DNA from: a virus
Lineage: Duplodnaviria > Caudoviricetes
Length of the DNA: 64,000 nt
Strand: one strand, 5' to 3'
Virus record (IMG/VR): IMGVR_UViG_3300011335_000487
Coordinates: 1,701 to 65,700 of that record
Shown here: one piece after another, positions 7,318-16,384 of the stretch
Numbering within the stretch: the first letter of the stretch is position 1
Layout: the number at the start of each line of letters is the position of its first letter
Notes under the pieces: model-generated
The model's database searches: none
The model's input: only the letters and a program-made list of their open reading frames with translations
What the model was told of the DNA's origin: nothing
Made by a program: the position numbers and the translations under genes

Positions 7318-8298
7318 TTGCACATGCCAGAAGCCTATAAGTTCCCAGATGAAATTGAGAGTACGGGTAAACCCGAAGATGATGACGTAAATGTCAGTGT
7401 TGACGGCGAGGGCGATATTGAAATTGATATCGAAGACGATACCCCCGAACGTGATCGGTTTGCTAAGCCTTTAGGTCGTGAAGTTGCCGAGCCTACAGAC
7501 GAAGAACTTGAAACCTATGGCAGTAAAGTAAAAGCTCGCATCAAAGAGCTTACGCATGCGCGCCACGATGAACGCCGAGAGAAAGAAAAGCTTTCGCGCG
7601 AGAAGACTGAGCTAGAACGCGTGACGCAGCAACTGATGGAAGAGCGCCGCCGTTACGTGCAGTACATCAACGATGGTACGCAAACCCATGTTGAAACGTT
7701 GAAAGCCAAAGCCGAGGGTGAGCTTGAAATGGCACGGCGTAAGTACAAAGAAGCACAAGAGTCTTACGACTCCGACGCTATGCTTCAGGCTCAAGAAGAT
7801 TTGACTGATGCAAAAATGCGACTAGAGGCTGCAAGAAATTTTCGTCCTACCCCTTTACAAGTAGAACCGGAAGTAGTACAACAGCAACAACAGGTACAAA
7901 GACCGGAACTCGACGATAAGACCTTGCGCTGGCAAGCCAAAAACCAGTGGTTCGGGAATCCGGGGTACGAAGAACTTACAGCTTTTGCACTAGGGCTGCA
8001 CCAAAAACTAGTTACGACGGGCTACGACCCTCGCTCAGACGAATATTTCGAGAGAATCGACTCTCGCATGCGTAGTGTCTTTCCTGAAGTCTTTCAAGGC
8101 GCTCAAGGAAACGACAAGACCACAAGGGCTGAACCAGCTCGAAGACCCGCTACTGTAGTCGCTTCGGCTTCTCGCTCGACGGGGGCTAAGAAGAATGTAA
8201 AGTTAAGCACATCCGCCGCAGCTATCGCTGATCGGCTTGGTGTTTCACACGCAGACTATGCTAAAGAGTTTTTAAAACTGGAGGCTAACAATGGTTAA
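7318..8298 (+). CDS. Putative capsid scaffolding protein
   Basis: Acidic N-terminus, long coiled coil, position upstream of MCP. Confidence 0.65.
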   Translation: MHMPEAYKFPDEIESTGKPEDDDVNVSVDGEGDIEIDIEDDTPERDRFAKPLGREVAEPTDEELETYGSKVKARIKELTHARHDERREKEKLSREKTELERVTQQLMEERRRYVQYINDGTQTHVETLKAKAEGELEMARRKYKEAQESYDSDAMLQAQEDLTDAKMRLEAARNFRPTPLQVEPEVVQQQQQVQRPELDDKTLRWQAKNQWFGNPGYEELTAFALGLHQKLVTTGYDPRSDEYFERIDSRMRSVFPEVFQGAQGNDKTTRAEPARRPATVVASASRSTGAKKNVKLSTSAAAIADRLGVSHADYAKEFLKLEANNG

Positions 8299-8749
8299 CC
8301 CACGCAATTCGAGAGATTTGGACACTCGTGAAAAAAATCCTACCCGTTACGTGTACACGCCCGTAAGCGCGCTCCCTGATCCAACGCCCGAACCCGGATA
8401 CAAATTCCATTACTGTGCTGTAACAGTTTTGGGCAATGTTAATCCGACAAATATGTCACAAAAATTTCGTGACGGATGGGTGCCGGTTAAAGCTGTAGAT
8501 CATCCTGAATTGCAAATTGCTGGCAATAAAGATGGCAACGTCGAAATTGGTGGTCTTATTTTATGTAAGGCTCCTGAAGAGATGGTTATAGGTCGCCATG
8601 AATACTACGCCCGTGCTGCGCAAAACCAGATGGACTCGGTAGACAACCACTTTATGAAAAACAATGATGCCCGTATGCCACTGTTGGCCCCAGAACGTAA
8701 GAGTTCTGTGACACGAGGGGGTACAGGGTTTGGTAATGGCTCTAAATAA
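8291..8749 (+). CDS. Conserved hypothetical head-module protein
   Basis: GWVPVKAVDHPE and IGGLILCK motifs; operon position. Confidence 0.7.
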   Translation: MVNPRNSRDLDTREKNPTRYVYTPVSALPDPTPEPGYKFHYCAVTVLGNVNPTNMSQKFRDGWVPVKAVDHPELQIAGNKDGNVEIGGLILCKAPEEMVIGRHEYYARAAQNQMDSVDNHFMKNNDARMPLLAPERKSSVTRGGTGFGNGSK

Positions 8750-8768
8750 CCCAAATCGGAGGACTTAA

Positions 8769-9425
8769 ATGTCTACAGTATCCAGCCCCTACGGGCTAAA
8801 GCCGATTAACTTAATCGGCGGTCAGGCGTTTAACGGAGGAGTAATCCGTGAAATTCTGATGACCACAAACAACACCGCGCCTATCGGCTTTGGTGACTTG
8901 GTTCAACTTGGTGCCGCTGTTGCGGGTCAACCAACTGTTGTAACTGCTACTCCTACCACTTCGTCTGTCGGTATCGTCGGCGTTTGTGTTGGCGTACGTT
9001 ATCAGTTGCCCGGTCAACAACTTGGGTATCCTCTGTATGCTCAGTATTTGCCTGTTAACTCAGTCACTGCTGGTTATACCAACATCTACGTTCGCGTGAT
9101 GGATGATCCAGATGCACTGTTTCAAGTGCAGTCGTTAGGTTCAATTACCGTGGCTTCTATCGGTAAAACCATTGCTTTGGGCAACTTTACTGGTGGTACA
9201 GGCTCTACAACTGTTAACACTACATCTGGTAACTCAGTTGTTGCGTTGTCAGCCACTGTAGCCAACACCAGTGCATTAGCTTGCAAGATTGTTGACTTGG
9301 TTAACGCTAGCTCTTCATTCGGCGGCAACTTCCCATCTAACCCCGGTGACGCGTACACCGATTGCATCGTCAAGCTGAACTTCGGCGTGCACTCGTACTA
9401 CCAGTCTGCTGGTACAACTGCTTAA
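8769..9425 (+). CDS. Putative capsid decoration/auxiliary protein
   Basis: PYGLKP N-terminal motif, small-residue rich, immediately before MCP. Confidence 0.65.
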   Translation: MSTVSSPYGLKPINLIGGQAFNGGVIREILMTTNNTAPIGFGDLVQLGAAVAGQPTVVTATPTTSSVGIVGVCVGVRYQLPGQQLGYPLYAQYLPVNSVTAGYTNIYVRVMDDPDALFQVQSLGSITVASIGKTIALGNFTGGTGSTTVNTTSGNSVVALSATVANTSALACKIVDLVNASSSFGGNFPSNPGDAYTDCIVKLNFGVHSYYQSAGTTA

Positions 9426-9440
9426 TAAAGGAGCTAACAA

Positions 9441-10358
9441 ATGGCTATTTCACGTTCGCAGCTCCTTAAAGAGCTACTCCCCGGCCTCAACGCCTTGTTT
9501 GGTCTTGAGTACAAACGCTACGGCGAAGAGCATAAAGAACTGTACGAAACTGAGAAATCAGAGCGTTCGTTCGAGGAAGAGACCAAGTTGTCTGGTTTCT
9601 CTGCTGCTCCTGTAAAGTCTGAGGGTGCGCAAATCGCTTACGATAACGCACAAGAAGCTTTCACAGCTCGCTACTCACACGAAACCATTGCTTTGGGTTT
9701 TTCGATTACCGAAGAGGCGATTGAAGATAACCTGTACGACAGCCTGTCTGCTCGTTACACCAAAGCTCTGGCTCGCGCGATGTCGTACACCAAGCAAGTT
9801 AAAGCTGCTTCGGTGTTGAACAACGGCTTCACCAACTCGACACAGTATTATGGTGGCGATGGCGTGCCTCTGTTTAGCGCTTCGCATCCGCTCGTGTCTG
9901 GTGGCACTAACAGCAACATCGCATCTACCCCTGTGGATTTGAACGAAACGTCGCTGGAAAGCGCGTGCATTCAGATCGCTGCATGGACTGATGAGCGTGG
10001 TTTGCTGATTGCCGCTAAACCACGCAAGTTGATCATTCCCCCAGCGTTAATGTTCGTTGCTACTCGTCTGTTAGAGACTAACCTCCGTGTTGGTACTAAC
10101 AACAACGATATCAGCGCAATTGTTAACAACGGTTCTGTGCCTGAAGGCTACTCTGTAAACCACTTCTTGACTGACACAAACGCTTGGTTTTTGTTGACCG
10201 ACGTTCCAAACGGCCTGAAGCATTTTGAGCGTATGCCTTTGGAAACAAAAATGGATGGAGATTTCGACACGGGCAACGTCCGTTACAAAGCCCGCGAGCG
10301 TTATTCGTTTGGCTGGTCTGATCCCTTGGCTGCATGGGGTTCGGCAGGTTCGTTCTAA
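9441..10358 (+). CDS. Major capsid protein (Mu gpT-like, HK97 fold)
   Basis: MAISRSQLLKELLPGLNALFG start, DFDTGNVRYKARERYSFGWSD end; strong RBS and downstream terminator. Confidence 0.92.
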   Translation: MAISRSQLLKELLPGLNALFGLEYKRYGEEHKELYETEKSERSFEEETKLSGFSAAPVKSEGAQIAYDNAQEAFTARYSHETIALGFSITEEAIEDNLYDSLSARYTKALARAMSYTKQVKAASVLNNGFTNSTQYYGGDGVPLFSASHPLVSGGTNSNIASTPVDLNETSLESACIQIAAWTDERGLLIAAKPRKLIIPPALMFVATRLLETNLRVGTNNNDISAIVNNGSVPEGYSVNHFLTDTNAWFLLTDVPNGLKHFERMPLETKMDGDFDTGNVRYKARERYSFGWSDPLAAWGSAGSF

Positions 10359-10385
10359 TAAAATCAAGCACTTAGCTAGATTTGG

Positions 10386-10413
10386 CCCCACCCACAAGGT
10401 GGGGTTTTCTTTT
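10386..10413 (+). terminator. Intrinsic terminator after MCP
   Basis: CCCCACC-cacaa-GGTGGGG followed by TTTTCTTTT. Confidence 0.8.
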
Positions 10414-10464
10414 GTGTAATAACGGTTTATAATTACCTGTAACTAAGTTCTTATGGAGATAATT

Positions 10465-11046
10465 ATGAACCAACCTAAAACACGAAAAGAAGCAAAAGCC
10501 ACTGGCGCTACGCACTACTACACAGGCAAACCTTGCAAGCACGGGCATATAGCCTTACGCAAAACCAAAGGGGCTTGTGTTGAATGTATAAAAATAGAAT
10601 GGCAACTTAGCAATGAATCCCGCGCAGAATATTTTAAAAAATACAATAAACGCGAAGATATTAAAGATCAAAAAAATGATTGGTATCAAGCTAACCGCGC
10701 TGCGGTAATTGATCGCGCAAAAACCAGACCTTACGAAGAGACAAAAGAATACAAAAAACGATGGAAAGAAAATAACCAAGTGTGGGTTCGTGCCGACACA
10801 AAAGCGCGTAGACGTAAACATAGGGATGCCACGCCGCCGTGGTTAACCACAAAACAAAAATTTGAAATTAGGCAGCTTTATCAAATAGCTATTACCATGT
10901 CTAAAACAACTGGTGAGCAATACGTGGTTGATCATATCGTGCCTTTGCGTAGCCCCAACGTTTGTGGATTGCATGTACCGTGGAATTTGCGAGTTATTAC
11001 GCAAAAAGAGAACCTTACAAAATCAAACAAACTGCTTGCGCCGTAA
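10465..11046 (+). CDS. Free-standing HNH homing endonuclease
   Basis: VDHIVPL...VCGLHVPWNLRVITQKENLTKSN; start at second Met after GGAG. Confidence 0.85.
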   Translation: MNQPKTRKEAKATGATHYYTGKPCKHGHIALRKTKGACVECIKIEWQLSNESRAEYFKKYNKREDIKDQKNDWYQANRAAVIDRAKTRPYEETKEYKKRWKENNQVWVRADTKARRRKHRDATPPWLTTKQKFEIRQLYQIAITMSKTTGEQYVVDHIVPLRSPNVCGLHVPWNLRVITQKENLTKSNKLLAP

Positions 11047-11064
11047 CAAAATAAAGCGTATAAA
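11036..11064 (+). promoter_or_regulatory. Sigma70-like promoter
   Basis: TTGCGC-17 nt-TATAAA. Confidence 0.6.
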
Positions 11065-11070
11065 TAGCAC

Positions 11071-11140
11071 ATCTGGGTGTTAACCTTACCGGACTGCCCC
11101 AGCAGACGATGCAACGATTGGTAAGGTTCTTTTGCATAAG
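11071..11140 (+). ncRNA. Structured (pseudoknotted) leader RNA, candidate Mu-gpT-DE-like motif
   Basis: Stems AACCTTACC/GGTAAGGTT, CTGGG/CCCAG and ATGCAA/TTGCAT; lies downstream of a gpT-like MCP. Confidence 0.55.
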
Positions 11141-11148
11141 GAATTATT

Positions 11149-11844
11149 ATGGCACGCTCCACCTTTGAAGGCCCAATTCTGTCTGGTGACATTCGTTTTG
11201 GAGCTCTGCGTAACGTCGGTTACGCTATTTTAGCCCAATCTGCAACGCTAAACCTTGCTAACGTAACTGCAAACACTGCTGGTTATGCTGGTGCATCAGG
11301 TTCGTTCGTAGATTCAAACGGCATTCCTAACACCGTTGGGGTTGTTTATACGCCTTCATCTTCGGTTAATCCCCCCGTTGCAGCAACTATCCCTGCGGAT
11401 AGCGCAACAAACATTTATCGGGGTTTCGTAGCATATCTACCAGCAGGTAGTCGTATCCTTGATATGCTCATTGATATTGGTGTTGTTACTGCTGTTACTG
11501 CAGGTACATTGACTTCAACTACTGTGTACGTCTCCAACAACTACACAGCCGCAGCGGGCACACCTACATACGGTGCTACGGCTGTTTTGACTTCCCCAGC
11601 AGTTGGTCGCCAGTCACTAGCTACATTTACAGCTACGCAGTTGGCTAACCAGCAAGCAACTTCGTCAGACATTACCAACTCAGGCCAACCTTCACTTCTT
11701 TCGCAAGTTGTGTTTACGCTTGCGCTGGTGGGCACCTCAATGACAACTCCTTCAGCCGGTACGTTTTACTTTACCGTTCGATATACACAGGCTGACGGTA
11801 ATATCGGTACTGCTACTGCTTACCCATACGGCAACTTTGACTAA
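11149..11844 (+). CDS. Virion structural protein (putative)
   Basis: MARSTFEGPILSG start, T/A/G/S-rich beta composition, followed by terminator. Confidence 0.75.
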   Translation: MARSTFEGPILSGDIRFGALRNVGYAILAQSATLNLANVTANTAGYAGASGSFVDSNGIPNTVGVVYTPSSSVNPPVAATIPADSATNIYRGFVAYLPAGSRILDMLIDIGVVTAVTAGTLTSTTVYVSNNYTAAAGTPTYGATAVLTSPAVGRQSLATFTATQLANQQATSSDITNSGQPSLLSQVVFTLALVGTSMTTPSAGTFYFTVRYTQADGNIGTATAYPYGNFD

Positions 11845-11852
11845 TTGATCGC

Positions 11853-11873
11853 GGGGCTTCGGCCCCTTTCTTT
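11853..11873 (+). terminator. Intrinsic terminator with C(UUCG)G tetraloop
   Basis: GGGGC-TTCG-GCCCC then TTTCTTT. Confidence 0.8.
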
Positions 11874-11890
11874 GATTTAGGAGATCAATT

Positions 11891-12403
11891 ATGGCTATGC
11901 AATATGATGTAAAACAAGCGCACCTAAACGGCAGCGGTATTTTGGTTCCGTTTGGCACCCGTATCAAAGGTGTTTCTTTCACCGGCAGTGCTTCCGCTGG
12001 CCAACTTATTATTTTTGATACGGTAACTGCCCCCACTACCACGGCAACGTACGGGCGTTCTGGGACTACGGTAACCATAACGCAAACGGCTCATGGCCTA
12101 ACCACCGGACAAACTGTTGGTATTAACTTTGCTGCTGGTACAGGCGGCACGGCTACTAATGGCAATTACGCAGTTACAGTTACAAGCTCCAGCGTGTTTA
12201 CGGTTACAGACATTAACAGCGGCACAATTACTGCCAGCCCAACGCTTGTGTATTCCACGGGTAAATTGCTAATGTCATATGACGTAGCAGCTTCTGATTC
12301 GTTTAACAATGCACCATTTATTCCGGGCGAAGGCGTAAAAGCCGTAACGGGCGTTTATGCGTATATGGTTAACCTAGCGGCAGCAAACATTTATTATGGC
12401 TAA
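11891..12403 (+). CDS. Virion structural protein (putative)
   Basis: MAMQYDVK start, GGAG RBS, T/G-rich. Confidence 0.7.
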   Translation: MAMQYDVKQAHLNGSGILVPFGTRIKGVSFTGSASAGQLIIFDTVTAPTTTATYGRSGTTVTITQTAHGLTTGQTVGINFAAGTGGTATNGNYAVTVTSSSVFTVTDINSGTITASPTLVYSTGKLLMSYDVAASDSFNNAPFIPGEGVKAVTGVYAYMVNLAAANIYYG

Positions 12404-12638
12404 GAAAACCCCATCCCTTGCTGTTGGTCGCGGTGAAAAGCTACCGGTCAAACAGGGAGCGGGTTTAACTGCCAAAGGTCGCGCTAAATACAACGCAGCT
12501 ACAGGATCAAACCTAAAGGCTCCACAGCCCGAAGGTGGTCCACGCAAGAAGTCGTTTTGTAGTAGAATGGCTCCTATCGCAGAAAAAAGTGAAAGGGGTA
12601 GTCGTGCTAGAGCATCAATGCGCCGATGGAAATGTTGA
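12396..12638 (+). CDS. Small basic conserved phage protein
   Basis: GLTAKGRAKYNAATGSNLKAPQPEGGPRKKSFC motif; ends RRWKC. Confidence 0.75.
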   Translation: MAKKTPSLAVGRGEKLPVKQGAGLTAKGRAKYNAATGSNLKAPQPEGGPRKKSFCSRMAPIAEKSERGSRARASMRRWKC

Positions 12639-12639
12639 A

Positions 12640-13083
12640 ATGTGGGCTGACATCCGTGGTTATGAGGGTCGGTATCAAGTAAGCACTCTAGGCAGGGTTA
12701 AGTCTCTTGCCCGTATGCGCCGTGGTAAAAGCGGGTGTGACGTTCCTATGCCAGAAATAATTATGGCGCTAACGCCTAAAAAAGAAACCGCTCGAACCAA
12801 GCCGTATGTTGAAGTTAAGTTTAGAAATGGCGGGTTACGCACAGAGCGTTGTAAATCATTTTTAGTTCACAGGCTTGTTGCAAATGCTTTTATTAAGCCG
12901 TTAGAGCAACGCGAGCAAGTTGACCATATTAACGGTATTCACGGCGATAATCGTGTAAAAAATCTTAGGGTAATGCACTACACTGAACACGCTAGATTGC
13001 ACCCATTGCTAGTCAATGGGGAGCTGCAAAAACTAGGAACAGCGGCAAACAAAGCCGCAAGTCTTAAACGGTGGAAATGTTAA
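12640..13083 (+). CDS. NUMOD4-HNH homing endonuclease
   Basis: WADIRGYEGRYQVSTLGRVKS (NUMOD4), VHRLVANAF, VDHINGIHGDNRVKNL (HNH); start at ATG 12640. Confidence 0.88.
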   Translation: MWADIRGYEGRYQVSTLGRVKSLARMRRGKSGCDVPMPEIIMALTPKKETARTKPYVEVKFRNGGLRTERCKSFLVHRLVANAFIKPLEQREQVDHINGIHGDNRVKNLRVMHYTEHARLHPLLVNGELQKLGTAANKAASLKRWKC

Positions 13084-13550
13084 TGCCAAGCGTATCGGAC
13101 AAACAACACAAATTTATGGAAGCAGTTGCAAACAATCCTAAATTTGCAAAGAAAGCAGGTGTACCGCAGTCCGTAGGACAAGACTTTGCCGAGGCCGACA
13201 AAGTTAAGATGCCAAAAAACAGGCCTGATTTGCAGGGTGTTAACAAACCAAAAACTGATCACGGTTCAATGAATCTTTTTAACAAGGGTGGTGCTATGAA
13301 AGAGTCCAAAGCAATGATGGGAAAAGAACTTTCTTTCATGAAAAAGAAAGGTGCTCCGGCGGGTATGATGAAGCACGAAAAATCCGAAATGGGTATGCCT
13401 ATGAAAAAAGGCGGCATGCCAATGATTATGAAAGACGGCAAAAAAATGCCTGCGTTTGCTGCCAAGAAAGGTGGTATGGCTAAATTTGCTAAGGGTGGCG
13501 CGATTGACGGTATTGCCCAAAAAGGCAAGACACGCGGCAAAGTTTGTTAA
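13083..13550 (+). CDS. Lys/Met/Gly-rich small protein (likely internal virion protein)
   Basis: MPSVSDKQHKFM start coupled to upstream stop; repeated xxKGG motifs. Confidence 0.75.
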   Translation: MPSVSDKQHKFMEAVANNPKFAKKAGVPQSVGQDFAEADKVKMPKNRPDLQGVNKPKTDHGSMNLFNKGGAMKESKAMMGKELSFMKKKGAPAGMMKHEKSEMGMPMKKGGMPMIMKDGKKMPAFAAKKGGMAKFAKGGAIDGIAQKGKTRGKVC

Positions 13551-13559
13551 GGGGTTGGT

Positions 13560-13835
13560 ATGAGAGCCAGCCGAGGCATGGGGCCGATACTTCCAAGTAA
13601 ACGTCCTAAAGCTAGCGTAAACACTCCGGCAAAAGGCTCGCCGGTGCCCGGCATTAAGAAGGGCGGTAAAGTCAACGCTGCTGGCAATTACACAAAACCC
13701 AGCCTGCGCAAAAGTATTGTGTCGCAAGTAAAAGCTGCAGCAACCCACGGCACAAGCGCAGGTCAGTGGTCGGCGCGTAAAGCGCAGTTGGTAGCCAAGA
13801 AGTATAAAGCTGCTGGCGGAGGATATCGAGATTGA
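13560..13835 (+). CDS. Small basic protein, DUF5872-like N-terminal part
   Basis: YTKPSLR...GQWSARKAQLVAKKYKAAGGGY motif. Confidence 0.7.
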   Translation: MRASRGMGPILPSKRPKASVNTPAKGSPVPGIKKGGKVNAAGNYTKPSLRKSIVSQVKAAATHGTSAGQWSARKAQLVAKKYKAAGGGYRD

Positions 13836-14065
13836 AAGCCCCGCAAAAATCTTTGAAAGATTGGGGTGACCAAAAATGGACAACCAAGTCAGGCAAGAAA
13901 TCGTCTGAGACAGGTGAGCGGTATTTGCCCAAGAAAGCGATTGAGTCCCTTAGCCCTGCGGAGTATGCAGCCACAACTAAGGCAAAGCGTAAAGGTAAGG
14001 CGGCAGGCAAACAGTTTGTAGCCCAACCAAAAAGTATTGCTAAAAAAACGTCAGGGTTTAGATAA
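13832..14065 (+). CDS. Small basic protein, DUF5872-like C-terminal part
   Basis: QKSLKDW...TGERYLPKKA motif; TTG start overlapping upstream TGA, GGAGG RBS. Confidence 0.7.
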   Translation: MKAPQKSLKDWGDQKWTTKSGKKSSETGERYLPKKAIESLSPAEYAATTKAKRKGKAAGKQFVAQPKSIAKKTSGFR

Positions 14066-14811
14066 TGACCGTTACAAACACCGCCTCGTTTAACCTCGAT
14101 CTCTCGGAGATTGTTGAAGAAGCGTATGAGCGTTGCGGCTCTGAGCTTCGTACGGGGTATGACTTGCGCACAGCGCGTCGCTCGATGAACCTGTTGTTTG
14201 CGGATTGGGCGAATCGCGGCATTAACCTGTGGACTGTTGAGCAAGGGCAGATTGCAATGATGCAGGGCACAAACACATACGACTTGCCAGTCGATACTGT
14301 GGACTTAATTGAACACGTTATCCGCACCAATGCAGGTCAACAGAACAACCAGTCAGACCTCACAATCTCTCGCATTTCGGTTTCGACCTATGCAACGATA
14401 CCAAACAAGTTGCAACAATCTCGCCCAATTCAGGTCTGGATCAATCGGCAATCCGGTGCTACATACACTCCGCCGGGTCCTGATGGCACAAGTGCTACAA
14501 CGGGTGTAGACGCGCCTAAGATTGTGGTCTGGCCAACGCCTGATGGCTCGCAGACCTATACGTTTGTGTACTGGCGATTACGCCGTATCCATGATGCTGG
14601 CAACGGCAGTAGCACTTTTGATATTCCCTTTAGGATGTTGCCTTGCTTGACTGCGGGGCTTACGTATTACCTTTCGTTAAAAGTCCCCGGCGCTATGGAA
14701 AGAACGCAGTTGCTAAAGCAACAGTACGACGAGGCGTGGGAGTTTGCTGCTACCGAAGATAGAGATAAGTCGCCAGTGCGTTTTGTGCCCCGACGCATGT
14801 TCATAACTTAG
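14065..14811 (+). CDS. Head-tail adaptor / tail tubular-type protein (putative)
   Basis: ARRSMNLLFADWANRGINLWT and WPTPD motifs. Confidence 0.7.
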   Translation: MTVTNTASFNLDLSEIVEEAYERCGSELRTGYDLRTARRSMNLLFADWANRGINLWTVEQGQIAMMQGTNTYDLPVDTVDLIEHVIRTNAGQQNNQSDLTISRISVSTYATIPNKLQQSRPIQVWINRQSGATYTPPGPDGTSATTGVDAPKIVVWPTPDGSQTYTFVYWRLRRIHDAGNGSSTFDIPFRMLPCLTAGLTYYLSLKVPGAMERTQLLKQQYDEAWEFAATEDRDKSPVRFVPRRMFIT

Positions 14812-14821
14812 GGGAAAACGT

Positions 14822-15244
14822 GTGTCTAGTGAATTTGCATCAGGCAAGTTTTCGATTGCACAGTGTGATCGCTGTGGATTTAGGTTTAAATTAACCGACC
14901 TAAAGAAAGAAATTATCAAGACTAAGAAGTACGATTTAAAAGTATGCCCCCAGTGTTGGGACCCTGATCAGCCGCAGTTGCAGTTGGGTATGTACCCTGT
15001 ATCAGACCCTATAGCTGTAAGAGAACCAAGGTCCGATACGACGTACTACTCGGCAGGTTTAACCGGGTTGCAGTTAACTGATGTAGGTGGTCCTAGCGTT
15101 AATGCTTCAGGCACACCTACGGGCGGTAGTAGGCAGATTCAGTGGGGATGGAACCCTGTAGGTATGCGATACGATTTTAACGAAACGCCTAATGACTTAA
15201 ATGCCAACGGGCTTGTGGGTACAGTTACGGTAACCGGAGTTTAA
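14822..15244 (+). CDS. Conserved protein with CxxC...CxxC
   Basis: CDRCGFRFKL...VCPQCWDPDQPQLQLG. Confidence 0.7.
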   Translation: MSSEFASGKFSIAQCDRCGFRFKLTDLKKEIIKTKKYDLKVCPQCWDPDQPQLQLGMYPVSDPIAVREPRSDTTYYSAGLTGLQLTDVGGPSVNASGTPTGGSRQIQWGWNPVGMRYDFNETPNDLNANGLVGTVTVTGV

Positions 15245-15245
15245 T

Positions 15246-15434
15246 ATGGATAAGAAACAGGTAAAATCAATTGCTGATGTTGAAGCTAACAAAGTGGTTA
15301 AAGGCCATGAGTCGCGTATGCACAAAATGGCCAAGGGTGGCAAAACTAACGCAGGCATGCTCAAAGACGGGCGTAATCGCGATAAGTTGGTCAATCAGTT
15401 TGGTAGCGTTAAAATCGGTTCAAGGGGTCGGTAA
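15246..15434 (+). CDS. Small basic protein with MAKGG motif
   Basis: ORF track, tight operon packing. Confidence 0.65.
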   Translation: MDKKQVKSIADVEANKVVKGHESRMHKMAKGGKTNAGMLKDGRNRDKLVNQFGSVKIGSRGR

Positions 15435-15724
15435 TGGCTAAGATCAATAACCTTCCAGCGACAGCGTACGCTAAGCCTCACAAAATGAGCGGAGTTACGC
15501 TAAAAGGTTTTGGCAAAGCATCTTATACTGCGGAGCAGTCTTTGATTGGGTCAAACATGCAAGACCCAAATACTATTGCCGCAAACAAGATGACTAAAGA
15601 AACTGCTGTTCCACGCGTAAGTGCGGGTGATCCAGCGCGACAAGACGTTAAGACAACGGGCCTTGAGACTCGCGGCAACGGTGCAGCAACCAAGGGTCGT
15701 ATGGCTCGTGGACCTATGTGCTAA
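15434..15724 (+). CDS. Small basic protein
   Basis: RGNGAATKG...RGPM C-terminal motif; coupled start. Confidence 0.7.
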   Translation: MAKINNLPATAYAKPHKMSGVTLKGFGKASYTAEQSLIGSNMQDPNTIAANKMTKETAVPRVSAGDPARQDVKTTGLETRGNGAATKGRMARGPMC

Positions 15725-15726
15725 CT

Positions 15727-16383
15727 ATGAATTACGCTCAACTTGTCACTGCGATTGAGGAATACACTGAAACAAGTGAGGCAACTTTTGTCTCGCAAAT
15801 ACCCAATTTTGTGCAGCTTGCTGAAGAGCGTATTTATAACACCGTTGATTTACCGTCGTTACGCAGAAACGTGACTGGTACGTTAACCATTAACAACAAA
15901 TACCTTTCAGTACCCAGCGACTTTTTGTCCGTGTATTCGCTTGCTGTTATCAACGCTGCTGGAGAGTACGAATACTTGTTAAACAAAGACGTTAACTTTA
16001 TTCGCCAAGCGTACCCACAGCCAACAGACACCGATATTCCGAAGTACTACGCCATTTTTGGTCCTGATAGTAGCTCGCCAACTAATTTAACTATTATTCT
16101 TGGACCGACTCCAGATGCCGCATACAGTGTTGAGTTCCACTACTTCTACTACCCAGAGTCAATTGTGACCGCAAGTACCTCATGGATTGGTGATAACTTT
16201 GAATCGGCATTGCTTTATGGTGCATTGCGGGAAGCTGTAATCTTCCAAAAAGGCGAGCAGGATATGGTTGCTTACTATGAGAAGATGTACACAGAGTCAC
16301 TGGGCTTACTGAAGAACTTGGGCGATGGCAAGTTACGTCGTGATGCTTATCGTTCCGGTCAATTACGGTTACCGGTGAAATAG
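15727..16383 (+). CDS. Head-tail connector/adaptor-type protein (putative)
   Basis: MNYAQLVTAIEEY...FVQLAEERIY...LGPTPD...ALLYGAL. Confidence 0.75.
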   Translation: MNYAQLVTAIEEYTETSEATFVSQIPNFVQLAEERIYNTVDLPSLRRNVTGTLTINNKYLSVPSDFLSVYSLAVINAAGEYEYLLNKDVNFIRQAYPQPTDTDIPKYYAIFGPDSSSPTNLTIILGPTPDAAYSVEFHYFYYPESIVTASTSWIGDNFESALLYGALREAVIFQKGEQDMVAYYEKMYTESLGLLKNLGDGKLRRDAYRSGQLRLPVK

Positions 16384-16384
16384 C

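Noticed and set aside
10465-11046. C-terminal replacement by the HNH after MCP
   Set aside because: It lies after the MCP terminator and its end shows no similarity to the MCP end; ordinary intergenic insertion.
11071-11140. HDV-like/theta ribozyme interpretation of the pseudoknot
   Set aside because: Lacks the G-initiated 7-bp P1, the canonical L3/P1.1 and an adjacent tRNA.
13266-13883. Long antisense or alternate-frame ORFs (also 18684-19268, 35944-36555, 36850-37572, 51018-51707, 58455-59156)
   Set aside because: Shadows of well-supported genes with biased codon usage; no RBS or recognisable motifs.
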